Part shown: piece by piece, positions 9,196 through 19,183 of the stretch
Layout of the letters: every line of letters starts with the position of its first letter
Position numbering within the stretch: the first letter of the stretch is position 1
DNA from: an uncultured Gammaproteobacteria bacterium
Lineage (GTDB): Bacteria > Patescibacteriota > Microgenomatia > CAYGWK01
DNA: 64,000 nucleotides
Direction of reading: 5' to 3'
Assembly: GCA_964353785.1 (NCBI GenBank)
Contig: CAYGWK010000002.1
Coordinates: 40,293 to 104,292 of the forward strand
Position numbers and translations under genes: made by a program
The notes under the pieces: generated by a model
Seen by the model: the letters and a program-made list of their open reading frames with translations, nothing else
Databases searched by the model: none
Told to the model about the DNA's origin: nothing

Positions 9196-9366
9196 ATGCA
9201 TGATACTGCCGGTGCGGGCGCTGTTTATGGCTTGGGTTTAGTCGGCGCAGTAGTCTATTACATCCAACATGCAAAAACATTTGGGGAAGGAGTGCTTGGT
9301 TTCCTCAAGGCCTTGGTCTGGCCTGCCATGCTAATATATAAACTTCTGGAATTTCTGAAAATGTAG
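9196..9366 (+). CDS. Small two-TM membrane protein
   Basis: SD GGAGGTG at 9182-9188; GAVYGLG..KALVWPA. Confidence 0.75.
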   Translation: MHDTAGAGAVYGLGLVGAVVYYIQHAKTFGEGVLGFLKALVWPAMLIYKLLEFLKM

Positions 9367-9376
9367 ACACTTTTAC

Positions 9377-9410
9377 GGGACTGAAAGTTTCTAGCCCGGC
9401 CTGCTCAGCA
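9377..9410 (+). repeat. Inter-cassette motif copy E
   Basis: GGGACTGAAAGTTTCTAGCCCGGCCTGCTCAGCA. Confidence 0.7.
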
Positions 9411-9429
9411 CGAACAAAGGAGATCAATT

Positions 9430-10005
9430 ATGGAAAGAACTACAATAAGTCAAATATCGGTTACAGAGCCGAAAGAAAAAGAAAGTAATCTTGATGAATT
9501 GTACATAAAACAGGGACTAACAAATAATCAAGTTGAGCAGTTAATCTTCTACTCGAACACGGACAAAGAAGTCCAAAGATTCACTTCTGACCCAAAACGC
9601 TTCAAAGATAAAAAAGCATTCGAAAAATGGAGACAAAAAGGTAGGATTATTTACACCATAACAGACCTTGAGGATAATTTACTTGGAATTATCTGGTTTG
9701 GCGAGGAACCCTTACCTCAAAGAGAATTTACCCAAACCTTTAACCCTCAAGAATTCGGGATTACTTTTGCTATCAGAATTTATGGAGAAGCCAGAGGTAA
9801 AGGTCTAGCAAGAAAATTTATGACCGAAACTTTTAAACACCTTATGAGCTCTAGTGTTTACGAAAAAATGGAGAATAAAGGAATCTGGCTAGAGACATCC
9901 ATAGATAATACTCCGGCTCTTAAAGCCTATGAGAAATTCGGCTTCAAGCAAATCACAAATCCAAATGAGAACCAAAAGATATTAATGATTCTTAAAGAAT
10001 TTTAA
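9430..10005 (+). CDS. GNAT family N-acetyltransferase
   Basis: ARGKGLA motif A, N..ALKAYEKFGF motif B; SD AAGGAG. Confidence 0.85.
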   Translation: MERTTISQISVTEPKEKESNLDELYIKQGLTNNQVEQLIFYSNTDKEVQRFTSDPKRFKDKKAFEKWRQKGRIIYTITDLEDNLLGIIWFGEEPLPQREFTQTFNPQEFGITFAIRIYGEARGKGLARKFMTETFKHLMSSSVYEKMENKGIWLETSIDNTPALKAYEKFGFKQITNPNENQKILMILKEF

Positions 10006-11275
10006 TCGCCGCCTTTAGTCGTTTTAGTGTTTCTTCTTTTCCTAAAATTTCCACTGAATCCGTAATTGGGGGGGTGATTTTGGAACCGGTGATGGCGATG
10101 CGAAAATTCATAAAAAATTCTCCTGTTTTCCAACCTTTCTCTTTTACTAATTCCTGAAGTGTTTGTCCCAGATTTTTCTTATCCCAGGTTTTGAGTTTTT
10201 CTAAGACTTCAAGGGCTAAAGATAATTGTTCTTTTGCCTCTTTAGTAAATAATTTTTTGTCAACCCTGGGCTCTTTGAAAAAGAATCCAGCCAGAGCAGG
10301 ATAATCTGAAAGTTTTGTCAGTCTTTCCTTGACCAAAGGAATAGTTTGATTAATTAAATTGGGGCTGGCTCCTTTTGGAGCAAATTGTTCAATTAATTGA
10401 ACTAGTTGGCTATCAGACTTTTTTCTAATATATGCTCCATTTATCCAGTCAAGTTTTTCAAAATTAAAAATTGGAGCAGTCGTCACCACTCTTTCAAAAC
10501 TAAAAAGTTTTATAAATTCCTCTAAAGGAAAAATATCTTTTTCTTTTGGATGAGACCAGCCTAAAAGACAAAGAAAATTAACTAAGGCTTCGGGTAAATA
10601 TCCTTGGTCTTTATACCAAGATAAAGCGACCGGGTTTTTTCTTTTTGATATTTTTGACCGGTCCGGATTTCGCAAAAGTGGCATATGGGCAAAAAATGGT
10701 AGTTTTTCTCCTAGAGCTTGGTAAAGGAGAATTTGTTTTGGGGTATTTGAAATATGTTCTTCAGCCCTGATGACATGAGAAATTTTCATGGCCAAATCAT
10801 CAACCACGCAAGCAAAATTATAAGTCGGATAGCCATCAGATTTAAGCAAGACAAAGTCTTCGATATTCTCATTTTTGAAAATAATTTTTCCCCGAACTAA
10901 ATCATCCCAAGAAGTTTGGCCAGTTTTGGAAACTTTGAGACGAACCGCTCCCTCATCTTCGTAGGCTTGTTTTTTCTCCAAAAGTTTTTGACAAGTTTTT
11001 TTATAAAGAGAAAGTCGCTCCGATTGCCGATATGGTCCAAAAGGACCGCCAACATCCGGTCCTTCATCGTAGAGTAAACCAAGCCAACGAAGACCCTCAA
11101 AAATTGCTTTTTCCGCTTCGGGGACATGACGCTTAACATCAGTATCCTCAATCCGCAAAATAAATTTGCCTTTAAATGCCCGCGCAAAAGCGAAATTAAA
11201 AAGAGAAAGATAGGCGGTGCCAACATGAGCAAAACCGGTTGGCGAGGGAGCAATTCTTGTCCGAACTTTTTCCAC
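9992..11275 (-). CDS. gltX: Glutamyl-tRNA synthetase
   Basis: RIAPSPTG, HVGT, LRIEDTD, KISKR. Confidence 0.96.
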   Translation of the reverse strand: MEKVRTRIAPSPTGFAHVGTAYLSLFNFAFARAFKGKFILRIEDTDVKRHVPEAEKAIFEGLRWLGLLYDEGPDVGGPFGPYRQSERLSLYKKTCQKLLEKKQAYEDEGAVRLKVSKTGQTSWDDLVRGKIIFKNENIEDFVLLKSDGYPTYNFACVVDDLAMKISHVIRAEEHISNTPKQILLYQALGEKLPFFAHMPLLRNPDRSKISKRKNPVALSWYKDQGYLPEALVNFLCLLGWSHPKEKDIFPLEEFIKLFSFERVVTTAPIFNFEKLDWINGAYIRKKSDSQLVQLIEQFAPKGASPNLINQTIPLVKERLTKLSDYPALAGFFFKEPRVDKKLFTKEAKEQLSLALEVLEKLKTWDKKNLGQTLQELVKEKGWKTGEFFMNFRIAITGSKITPPITDSVEILGKEETLKRLKAAIKIL

Positions 11276-11325
11276 TTCACCTTGATTTTAACACAAGCGA
11301 AAGTTATACTCAAAATATACCTGCC

Positions 11326-12378
11326 ATGGCCACTTTAACCGTCACTGCCTACTACACCCGCAAAGGAATAAAATACGGAGCAATTTTTTTTGTTGGGTTT
11401 TTGATTTTTCGCTTTATTTGGGGAGTAACCACGGCTTATCTTCGCAAAATTCATCCTCCTCCCCCGCCTCCACCAACGGTTTCTTTTGGTAAATTGCCAA
11501 AGATTGATTTTCCTAAAAGGGAGGGGTTTCCAACTCTTTCTTTCAAACTTGAAACAATCCAAGGAACAATCCCCACCCTTTCCTCAATTGGTAAAGTTTA
11601 TTTTTCGGTTAAGCCCGGAGCCACTCTTCTTTCTTTAGACCGAGCCAAAGAGACCGCCAGAAAAATGGGTTTTAGCTCCGCGCCCCAAGCTTTGTCCTCG
11701 CGAGTCTATCGTTTCTCCACCCAGACGGCGCCGCCAACAACCTTAGATATAGACATCGTTACTGGAAATTTTAGGCTCCATTACGATTTTTCAAGCGACC
11801 AATCTATCTTTGTTGAAAAAAAGCTACCTTCAAATGACCAGGCAATTTCGGAAAGCAAAAGTTTTCTCCAAGGAGCCGGACTTCTAGTTGAAGACCTGGC
11901 GTCCGGAAAAGCCGAGGTTTCTTATCTTAAATATCAAGCACCAAATTTGCTTTCTGCCATCTCTTTATCCGAAGCAGACCTTGTTAAAGTCGGGCTTTTC
12001 CGCCAAGACCTAGATAGCTTGCCAGTTTTGCCAGAAAATCCAAAAGAAGGTTTAATTTATTTTATTTTCTCCGGAGCAAGGGAGCGAGGAAAAAGAATTG
12101 TTGAGGCAAGTTATAACTACAACAAGGTTGAAAAAGAGAATTTTTCCACCTATCCTTTAAAATCGACGACAGTGGCCTGGCAAGAACTTCAGGGAGAAGG
12201 GGGATTTATTTCAAACTTAGGAGAAAACACTGATGGCAAAATTACTATTAGAAAAATTTATCTTGCCTATTTTGATTCGCCCCAAGCACAAAATTTTCTT
12301 CAGCCAGTCTTTGTCTTTGAAGGAGACGACAACTTTGTTGCCTACGTCTCGGCGGTTGATTCTAAGTGGGTGGAATAG
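11326..12378 (+). CDS. Membrane-anchored hypothetical protein
   Basis: N-terminal TM, poly-Pro, C-terminal LQPVFVFEG; start MATLT. Confidence 0.7.
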   Translation: MATLTVTAYYTRKGIKYGAIFFVGFLIFRFIWGVTTAYLRKIHPPPPPPPTVSFGKLPKIDFPKREGFPTLSFKLETIQGTIPTLSSIGKVYFSVKPGATLLSLDRAKETARKMGFSSAPQALSSRVYRFSTQTAPPTTLDIDIVTGNFRLHYDFSSDQSIFVEKKLPSNDQAISESKSFLQGAGLLVEDLASGKAEVSYLKYQAPNLLSAISLSEADLVKVGLFRQDLDSLPVLPENPKEGLIYFIFSGARERGKRIVEASYNYNKVEKENFSTYPLKSTTVAWQELQGEGGFISNLGENTDGKITIRKIYLAYFDSPQAQNFLQPVFVFEGDDNFVAYVSAVDSKWVE

Positions 12379-13345
12379 ACCAACTAAAATTTCCAAAAAC
12401 CCAATCTAGCAATTTTTCTGTTTCCCCAAATCTGTCCTGACTTCCCAAGACAACAGTAATAATTTGTTTTCCGTTTTGCTCATCAAAACCAACCAAACAT
12501 TCTCCAGCGGAAATCGTCCAGCCAGTTTTAATCCCCTTAAGACCAGGGACACTTCCCAGAAGAACATTGATATTTGAGATTGGATGGACAAATTTCTTAT
12601 CATAAGAGTAAACAACAACTTTTTTGGTAGCGACAATTTTGGCAAAAACAGGATTTTGAATGGCAATTTTAGCCAGCCTGGCTAAATCAGAGGCGGTGGT
12701 AAACTGTCCCTCTTCGTCTATTCCGGTCGGGTTTGTAAAATGGGTATTTAAAAGACTTAACTTTTTGGCTTTTTGGTTCATCTGGCTAATAAAATTTTCT
12801 CTCCCTCCAGGATAATTTTGGGCTAGGGTTTCGGCCGCATCATTGGCTGAGGCCACCAAGAGAGCGTAAAGGAGATTTTCAGCTGTCAGTCTTTCTCCTT
12901 TTTGAAGTTTAATATCTTGACCTTCAGAAAAAACCTCTAAAACTTCCAAAACTTGGTTTAGTTGATAGAAATCTAAAGCGACTAAAGCAGTCATTATTTT
13001 TGTGGTTGAAGCTGGTAAAAGTTCTAAATCTTTATTTTTTTCATAGATTATTACCCCAGAAAAAACATCAGAAACCAAAGCCGATTTTGCTGAAAGAGAA
13101 GGCGCTGGAATGCCAGTTTTGTTTTTGGGGAGAGGTACCGGCGGGGAAATAACAAAATGAGAAGCGAAGACTTTTGGTCTCTGCCAAGAGAGTCTTAAAT
13201 TATCATAATAAGTTTGCCCAGGAAGAAAGAAAATAATTAAGAAAGTTAAAAGAAAATCAAATCCCAGTATTTTTCTTTTCCACAAAAATTTGAAGAATTT
13301 TTTGAGATTTCTTAACTCCCTTGAAATCTTTTTTACGGGGCTCAT
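12362..13345 (-). CDS. D-alanyl-D-alanine carboxypeptidase (peptidase S11)
   Basis: ASTTK (SxxK), SAN (SxN), KTG motifs. Confidence 0.92.
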   Translation of the reverse strand: MSPVKKISRELRNLKKFFKFLWKRKILGFDFLLTFLIIFFLPGQTYYDNLRLSWQRPKVFASHFVISPPVPLPKNKTGIPAPSLSAKSALVSDVFSGVIIYEKNKDLELLPASTTKIMTALVALDFYQLNQVLEVLEVFSEGQDIKLQKGERLTAENLLYALLVASANDAAETLAQNYPGGRENFISQMNQKAKKLSLLNTHFTNPTGIDEEGQFTTASDLARLAKIAIQNPVFAKIVATKKVVVYSYDKKFVHPISNINVLLGSVPGLKGIKTGWTISAGECLVGFDEQNGKQIITVVLGSQDRFGETEKLLDWVFGNFSWSIPPT

Positions 13346-14667
13346 TTCTTCTTCGTTGAAAGCCTGATGTCAACTCTTTCCATGTCTCTGGGGAACGGTG
13401 TCGCCTCGCGAATATTTTTAAGCCCTAAAATCTTCATCACTACCCTTTCCGCTCCTATGGCAAACCCGCCTTCTTGGGGCATTCCGTATTTGAAAACCTC
13501 AGGATAAATACCAAAGTTTTTTGGGTCATTTCCCCACTTTTTAATATTTTCAATCAACTTGCCGTATTCATTGATTCTTTGACCACCGGTAATCCACTCC
13601 AGTCCCCGGCCAAGCATATCAAAACTTAAAGTATGTTCTTTATCTTTAGGGTCAGGATGGGTATAGAATGGACGCTTTTTAACTGGATAATGGGTAACAA
13701 AAACCAACTCTGTCCCTTTTTCTTCCTTGGCCCACTGACAAATTTCTTCCTCGTCAGCTGGTTCAAGATCTGGTTGTCCCCGATTATCTCTTTTGGTTCT
13801 TTTGTAAATAATTTCCTGCGCCTCCCTAAGTTTAAGCCGAGGGATTTTCTTCCCAACCAAAGGAACAGTTGCTTTATACATCTTTAATTGTTCCTGACAA
13901 TCTTTTTTAACTACCTTGAGAATTTCTTTAATAACATATTCAGCCGTGTCCATTAAATCTTCCCAGGAATCAATAAAAGCCATCTCTGCATCAAGACTGG
14001 TGTATTCTGTTAGATGGCGAGTGGTCACGCTTGGTTCAGCCCGAAAAGCATGGGTGACGGTAAAAACCCGCTCAAAAGCACCAAGCATCATCTGTTTATA
14101 AAATTGAGGGCTTTGACCAAGATAGGCATTGTAATCAAAATACTTTACCTGAAAAACTTCGGCCCCACCCTCGGCAGTTGCTGGAACAATTATCGGCGAT
14201 TCATACTCGGTAAAACCAATTTTCTTTAAACTTTTTCGGAAAGTATCAACCACCGCCTCCGAAACCTCAAAAATCGCCCTGGCTGATTTATGTCTTATGG
14301 TTAAAGCCCGGTGATCAAGAAGGGTTGGTAATTCCACATCAAGCCATTCTTTCCCCATATCTATCGGCAGGGTCGCGGACTTAGAAAGAATTTTTATTTT
14401 CTCTACCGCAATTTCAACTTCTCCTGTAGGAATCTTGGGGTTAGTCATCTCTTTCGGTCGTTTTCTAACAGAACCTGTAACCTCAATTGCATCTTCCGGT
14501 CTTAAATCGCTCATTTCGTCCCCCCCGACCACCTGGACAATCCCAGACCTATCCCGCAAATCAATAAAAACTAATTTCCCATGGTCTCGGCGAGTTTGCA
14601 CCCAACCACGAAGCAGAACTTTTTCACCAACTTTTTTAACCGTTTCTGAAGTGAGCGTTCTTTCCAT
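13342..14667 (-). CDS. aspS: Aspartyl-tRNA synthetase, short non-discriminating type
   Basis: OB-fold FIDLRD, QSPQFYKQ, FRAE, GAER; 441 aa. Confidence 0.9.
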   Translation of the reverse strand: MERTLTSETVKKVGEKVLLRGWVQTRRDHGKLVFIDLRDRSGIVQVVGGDEMSDLRPEDAIEVTGSVRKRPKEMTNPKIPTGEVEIAVEKIKILSKSATLPIDMGKEWLDVELPTLLDHRALTIRHKSARAIFEVSEAVVDTFRKSLKKIGFTEYESPIIVPATAEGGAEVFQVKYFDYNAYLGQSPQFYKQMMLGAFERVFTVTHAFRAEPSVTTRHLTEYTSLDAEMAFIDSWEDLMDTAEYVIKEILKVVKKDCQEQLKMYKATVPLVGKKIPRLKLREAQEIIYKRTKRDNRGQPDLEPADEEEICQWAKEEKGTELVFVTHYPVKKRPFYTHPDPKDKEHTLSFDMLGRGLEWITGGQRINEYGKLIENIKKWGNDPKNFGIYPEVFKYGMPQEGGFAIGAERVVMKILGLKNIREATPFPRDMERVDIRLSTKKK

Positions 14668-14675
14668 ACTCCCAA

Positions 14676-16175
14676 TTATACTTTATAACCAGCCTCTTTG
14701 CTAGAGCGAAAATGTTTCAAGATTTCTTTTTTGGCAACTTGAGTAACCACAAAAGAGAGCCAGTCGCGCGAGGGACCTTTCTTTTTTTCTGAAGTCAAAA
14801 TCTCAACCATATCTCCACTTTTAAGTCTTGAGTCTAAGGAAACCATTTTTCCATTAACTTTTGCTCCGACCGCCTTATCTCCCAACTCCGTGTGAACTGC
14901 ATAAGCAAAGTCAATTGGGGTCGCTCCAGCAGGCAAATCAAAAACATCACCTTTTGGGGAAAAAACAAAAATCCGGTGTTTCAAAGCATCAAATTTTAAG
15001 GCTTGGAGAAATTCTTGGGAACCAACAATTTCTTTTTGCCATAAAACAAGTTGCTTAACCCAGGAAAGTTTCTCATTGGGAGCAAAAACTCCGTCTTCAA
15101 GCTTTTTGTCCGAGACGCCAGCTGTTTTTAGATGTCCATAATACCAGTGAGCGGCAATTCCATTTTCTGCCTCTTCGTGCATCTGGTAAGTTCTTATTTG
15201 AACCTCAATAATTTTTCCTTTTGGACCAAAAACCGTGGTGTGGATTGAGCGATAGCCATTTGGTTTAGGTTGGGCAATAAAATCACTTACTCCCCTGAAC
15301 GGAACCGGTTTCCAAGTTTTGTGAACTACTCCTAAGGTAGCGTAGCAATCTCGAACCGAGGAGACTAAAATCCGCAAAGCGACTAAATCATAAATTTTTG
15401 AAATATCTTTCTCAATTTCCGGACGCAAAAGTTTTTGCCATAAAGAATATAAATGCTTGGCTCGACCCGAAACCTCTCCTTTAATTTTTTCTTTTTTAAG
15501 TTCTTCCAAGATTTCTTCTTTTGCTTTTTCAATTATTTCCTCTGCTTGATGATAAAAAGGCGTTGAGAAACTTTTAACCCAAACATAATCTTGGGGGTAA
15601 ATGTAAGGAAAAGCCAAATCTTCAAGTTTGCCAGCCATCTCCTCAATCCCCAGCCTTTCGGCTAAAGGGGCATAAACCTCCAAGGTTTCCTTAGTAATTC
15701 TTTTTTGTTTTTCTAATGGTAAAAAGGCAAGGGTTTGCATATTGTGATAACGGTCAGCCAGTTTTATTAAAACAACCCGTAAATCGTGGGCCATTGTCAC
15801 CAACATTTTTCTTAAATTCTCGACAAATTCTTCTTCTTCCGAACCCCGAAGTTTTAGTTCACCAATTTTCGTCACTCCGCTAACAAGCTCGCCAACTTCT
15901 TCTCCAAATTCTTTTTCTACAAACTCGGGAGAAACACCACCATCTTCAACACTGTCATGTAAGAACCCTGCCTCAATCGAGGTTGAATCAAGTTTCCAGT
16001 CAGCTAAAACCAAAACAACCGAAAGTAAATGTCTTAAAACTGGCTCACCAGAAAGACGAACCTGTCCAGAATGAACTCCAGAAGCAAAGTCAAAGGCTTT
16101 TTTTATTTTTTCAAAATCTGCTTGCGGATTATAATGTTTAATTTTCTCAATTAATTTTTTAAATTCTTTCTCCAT
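14676..16175 (-). CDS. RelA/SpoT (p)ppGpp synthetase/hydrolase (HD, SYNTH, TGS; no ACT)
   Basis: LHDSVED, KPNGYRSIHT, IEVQIRT, DFAYAVHT. Confidence 0.93.
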   Translation of the reverse strand: MEKEFKKLIEKIKHYNPQADFEKIKKAFDFASGVHSGQVRLSGEPVLRHLLSVVLVLADWKLDSTSIEAGFLHDSVEDGGVSPEFVEKEFGEEVGELVSGVTKIGELKLRGSEEEEFVENLRKMLVTMAHDLRVVLIKLADRYHNMQTLAFLPLEKQKRITKETLEVYAPLAERLGIEEMAGKLEDLAFPYIYPQDYVWVKSFSTPFYHQAEEIIEKAKEEILEELKKEKIKGEVSGRAKHLYSLWQKLLRPEIEKDISKIYDLVALRILVSSVRDCYATLGVVHKTWKPVPFRGVSDFIAQPKPNGYRSIHTTVFGPKGKIIEVQIRTYQMHEEAENGIAAHWYYGHLKTAGVSDKKLEDGVFAPNEKLSWVKQLVLWQKEIVGSQEFLQALKFDALKHRIFVFSPKGDVFDLPAGATPIDFAYAVHTELGDKAVGAKVNGKMVSLDSRLKSGDMVEILTSEKKKGPSRDWLSFVVTQVAKKEILKHFRSSKEAGYKV

Positions 16176-17802
16176 CGCTTGCTCTTAAATCTTTAATTTT
16201 AAGTTGTAATCTTTTTTCTTGGTTCCATTGGTCACAAATTAGGTTGTAGACCAAATCAACCTCTTCATTCGGTGAAAGCTCTTGAAAAATGTTTCCCATT
16301 CTAAAACCAATGGCGTCAAAGGTGACAGGTGACAAGGGACAAGCAACACGTAATTTGAGATGCTGATTTCCATTGCCAACAGTTTTGGCATCTGAAACAA
16401 TCAAATTTCGGCTTAAGAAAACTGGTTCGGGGTTACCAAAACCAAATGGTTCAAGTTTTTTTAAATTTTCCCAAAGGTCAAAATTTATACTCTTAAGGTC
16501 TAATTCTAAATCAATTTTTACAACTGGAGTTAGTTTTTCTTCATCAAGCTCTCTTTCAGCAATTTTCTCAAGTCTTTCTCTTAACTCTTCAAGTTTTATT
16601 GTTTCAACTGAAAACCCAGCTGCCATCGGGTGTCCTCCATGAGGACCTAAGATATCGCTACAGGCCCTTATCGCTTCAACCACATTAAAACCATTAATTG
16701 ACCGGGCTGAAGCCCGAGAATATTTTTCACCTTTAGCAACAATAATCGCCGGCCGATAAAACTCTTCCGCCAATTTCCCTGCTACCAACCCAACAATTCC
16801 TTCCTCGTAAGACTGGTGAGAAACAAAAATTAATTTTCCCTTTCCCCCTTGAGTAAGCCACAAATCCCGAGCATGAAGAGTCGTCTCTTCTGTTAAAAGT
16901 TGGCGCTGTCGATTGTGTTGGTCTATTTTTTTAGCCAATAAAACTGCTCTTTCTTGATTAGGAGTTAAAACTAGTCGCAGCGACTCTATCGGGTCCTCCA
17001 TTCGGCCGGCGGCATTTAAACGGGGTCCAATGATAAAACCGATTTCATAGGTGCCAATATTCTCTGGTAATATTCCAACCACTCTGTAAAGTTCCCGAAG
17101 CCCGGCTCTTTTTGTCTTCTGGACCTCCGGCAGCCCATGATAGACAATAGAGCGGTTTACCCCGATTAGGGGCATCACATCCGAAACTGTACCAATGGTC
17201 ACTAAGTCAAGACCCGGTTCTCTCAAATTTTTTGCCAAAAACCAGGAGACTCCCGAGCCAGAGAGTTTGGTCGTATGAACAGTCGAGAAGGCTTTTGGTT
17301 TTTCTTTTCCAGGTATGTGATGGTCGGTGACAATAACATCAACACCGAGTTTTTTGGCATGTTCAACTTGTTTTACGGCAACAATCCCCTGGTCAACGGT
17401 AATTATCAAACTTACTCCACTTTTCCCAAACTCCTCAATTCTTTCGACTTTTAGTCCATAGCCTTCTTCTCGGGTCGGGATAAAGGGCATAACTTTGGCT
17501 CCAAGTTTATTTAATGTTTCCCATAAAATAGCGGTGGCACAAACTCCGTCGGTATCATAATCACCATAGACGATTATTTTTTCTTTTTTTTTAATTGCCT
17601 TTTTAATCCGCCCGACAGCTTTGGAAAGTTGTTTTGGATTGATGCCTAAATCTTTAGCAGTTATTTTATAAGGATCAGGAGGGTTTAAAAATTCTTTTAT
17701 TTCTTTTTTTGTTTTTATCCCCCGATTTTTAAGAAGGATCTCGATAATCCTGTTTTCTTGTTTCTTGTCTCTTGTTGCTGATAATACCATCCATTTTTTC
17801 AT
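16159..17802 (-). CDS. recJ: ssDNA exonuclease RecJ
   Basis: GDYDTDG, TDHH, PRLNAAGR, GGHPMAAG. Confidence 0.96.
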   Translation of the reverse strand: MKKWMVLSATRDKKQENRIIEILLKNRGIKTKKEIKEFLNPPDPYKITAKDLGINPKQLSKAVGRIKKAIKKKEKIIVYGDYDTDGVCATAILWETLNKLGAKVMPFIPTREEGYGLKVERIEEFGKSGVSLIITVDQGIVAVKQVEHAKKLGVDVIVTDHHIPGKEKPKAFSTVHTTKLSGSGVSWFLAKNLREPGLDLVTIGTVSDVMPLIGVNRSIVYHGLPEVQKTKRAGLRELYRVVGILPENIGTYEIGFIIGPRLNAAGRMEDPIESLRLVLTPNQERAVLLAKKIDQHNRQRQLLTEETTLHARDLWLTQGGKGKLIFVSHQSYEEGIVGLVAGKLAEEFYRPAIIVAKGEKYSRASARSINGFNVVEAIRACSDILGPHGGHPMAAGFSVETIKLEELRERLEKIAERELDEEKLTPVVKIDLELDLKSINFDLWENLKKLEPFGFGNPEPVFLSRNLIVSDAKTVGNGNQHLKLRVACPLSPVTFDAIGFRMGNIFQELSPNEEVDLVYNLICDQWNQEKRLQLKIKDLRASDGERI

Positions 17803-17824
17803 AGCGTGATATAATCATATCAGG

Positions 17825-19183
17825 ATGAATCTTGAACTTCCAGAGTTTGTTCGCCAAATTTTTGAAAAATTCCAAAAAAAAGGTTTTGAGATCTATTTGA
17901 TTGGAGCCGGTAGTCGCAATCTCCTGACTGGTAAAGAAATTGTTAATCCTGATTTTACCACCAACGCCACGCCAAACGAAATTCAAAAGCTCTTTCCCAA
18001 GAGTTTTTATGACAACAAATTTGGAACGGTTGGGATGAAGATTGACGATCAACTTTATGAGATTACCACCTATCGCTTAGAATGGGGTTATTCAGATCGG
18101 AGGCATCCGGATAAAATTCTGTTTGGAAAAAAACTGGAAGAAGATTTAGCCAGAAGAGAATTTACCATTAGTGCGATTGCTATTGGATCAACAAGGACTA
18201 AGAAAGGTTTTGAAATTATCGATCTTTTTGGCGGACAAGAAGACTTAAAAAATAAAGTCGTCAGGGCGGTTGGCGATCCAAATAAAAGATTTTCCGAGGA
18301 TGCTCTGCGAATGATGCGAGCAATTCGTCTTGCAACAGAGCTTGGTTTTACCATTGAACCAAAAACCTTCCAGGCAATTCAGAATAACGCCACTTTAACT
18401 GGCCAAATCGCCAAAGAACGGGTAAGAGATGAACTCTTTAAAATTTTAAAAAGTGATTTTCCCGCTGATGGCGTAATGCTTTTGCGAAATAGCGGGCTTC
18501 TAGAGCAGATTATTCCCGAATTAGTTAAGGCTTTTGATATTCCCCAACAATCTCCAAAAAGGCATCATATTTATGACGTCGGCACCCACAGTATTTTATC
18601 TTTGAAACATTGCCCTTCGCCTGACCCATTAGTCCGCTTGGCGGCTCTTATCCATGATTTAGGAAAAGTGGCCACCTTCAAAAAACAAAAAGATGGAACG
18701 ATTACTTTTTACAATCATGAATTGATTAGCACCTCAATCGCTGAAAATTTAGCCGGTAAATTAAGGCTTTCTAAAAAAGAGAAACAAAAACTGGTTACCT
18801 TAGTTCGTTGGCATCAATTTACCTGCGATGAACGTCAAACCGATTCGGCAATCCGTAGATTTATCAGAAATGTTGGTAAAGAAAATTTAAAAGATATGTT
18901 AGACCTCCGGGTTGGCGACCGACTTGGGGGTGGAGCCAGAGAAACATCTTGGAGACTTGAAAAATTCAAAAAAAGACTGGTTGAAGTTCAAAAACAACCA
19001 TTTTCTGTGACCGATTTAAAAGTTGATGGCAATGATGTAATGAAAATCTTAAAAATTGGTTCAGGACCAACGGTTGGAAAAATTTTAGAAACTCTTTTTG
19101 CGGAAGTGGTTGAGGACAAAACAAAAAACAAAAGAGAATTTCTTCTCAAACGAATAGGAGAACTTGGCAAATCTCTAGGTTAA
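17825..19183 (+). CDS. cca: CCA-adding tRNA nucleotidyltransferase with HD domain
   Basis: EDLARREFT, EDALRMMR, LIHDLGK. Confidence 0.9.
   Translation: MNLELPEFVRQIFEKFQKKGFEIYLIGAGSRNLLTGKEIVNPDFTTNATPNEIQKLFPKSFYDNKFGTVGMKIDDQLYEITTYRLEWGYSDRRHPDKILFGKKLEEDLARREFTISAIAIGSTRTKKGFEIIDLFGGQEDLKNKVVRAVGDPNKRFSEDALRMMRAIRLATELGFTIEPKTFQAIQNNATLTGQIAKERVRDELFKILKSDFPADGVMLLRNSGLLEQIIPELVKAFDIPQQSPKRHHIYDVGTHSILSLKHCPSPDPLVRLAALIHDLGKVATFKKQKDGTITFYNHELISTSIAENLAGKLRLSKKEKQKLVTLVRWHQFTCDERQTDSAIRRFIRNVGKENLKDMLDLRVGDRLGGGARETSWRLEKFKKRLVEVQKQPFSVTDLKVDGNDVMKILKIGSGPTVGKILETLFAEVVEDKTKNKREFLLKRIGELGKSLG

Noticed and set aside
6994-9410. Inter-cassette motifs as CRISPR repeats or integron attC sites
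   Set aside because: Spacing is gene-sized, there are no cas or intI genes in the window, and no RYYYAAC/GTTRRRY palindrome is evident
10383-10410. Possible 9-mer periodicity in gltX (CAACTAGTT CAATTAATT GAACAATTT)
   Set aside because: Period is divisible by three and explicable as an amphipathic helix; too weak to count
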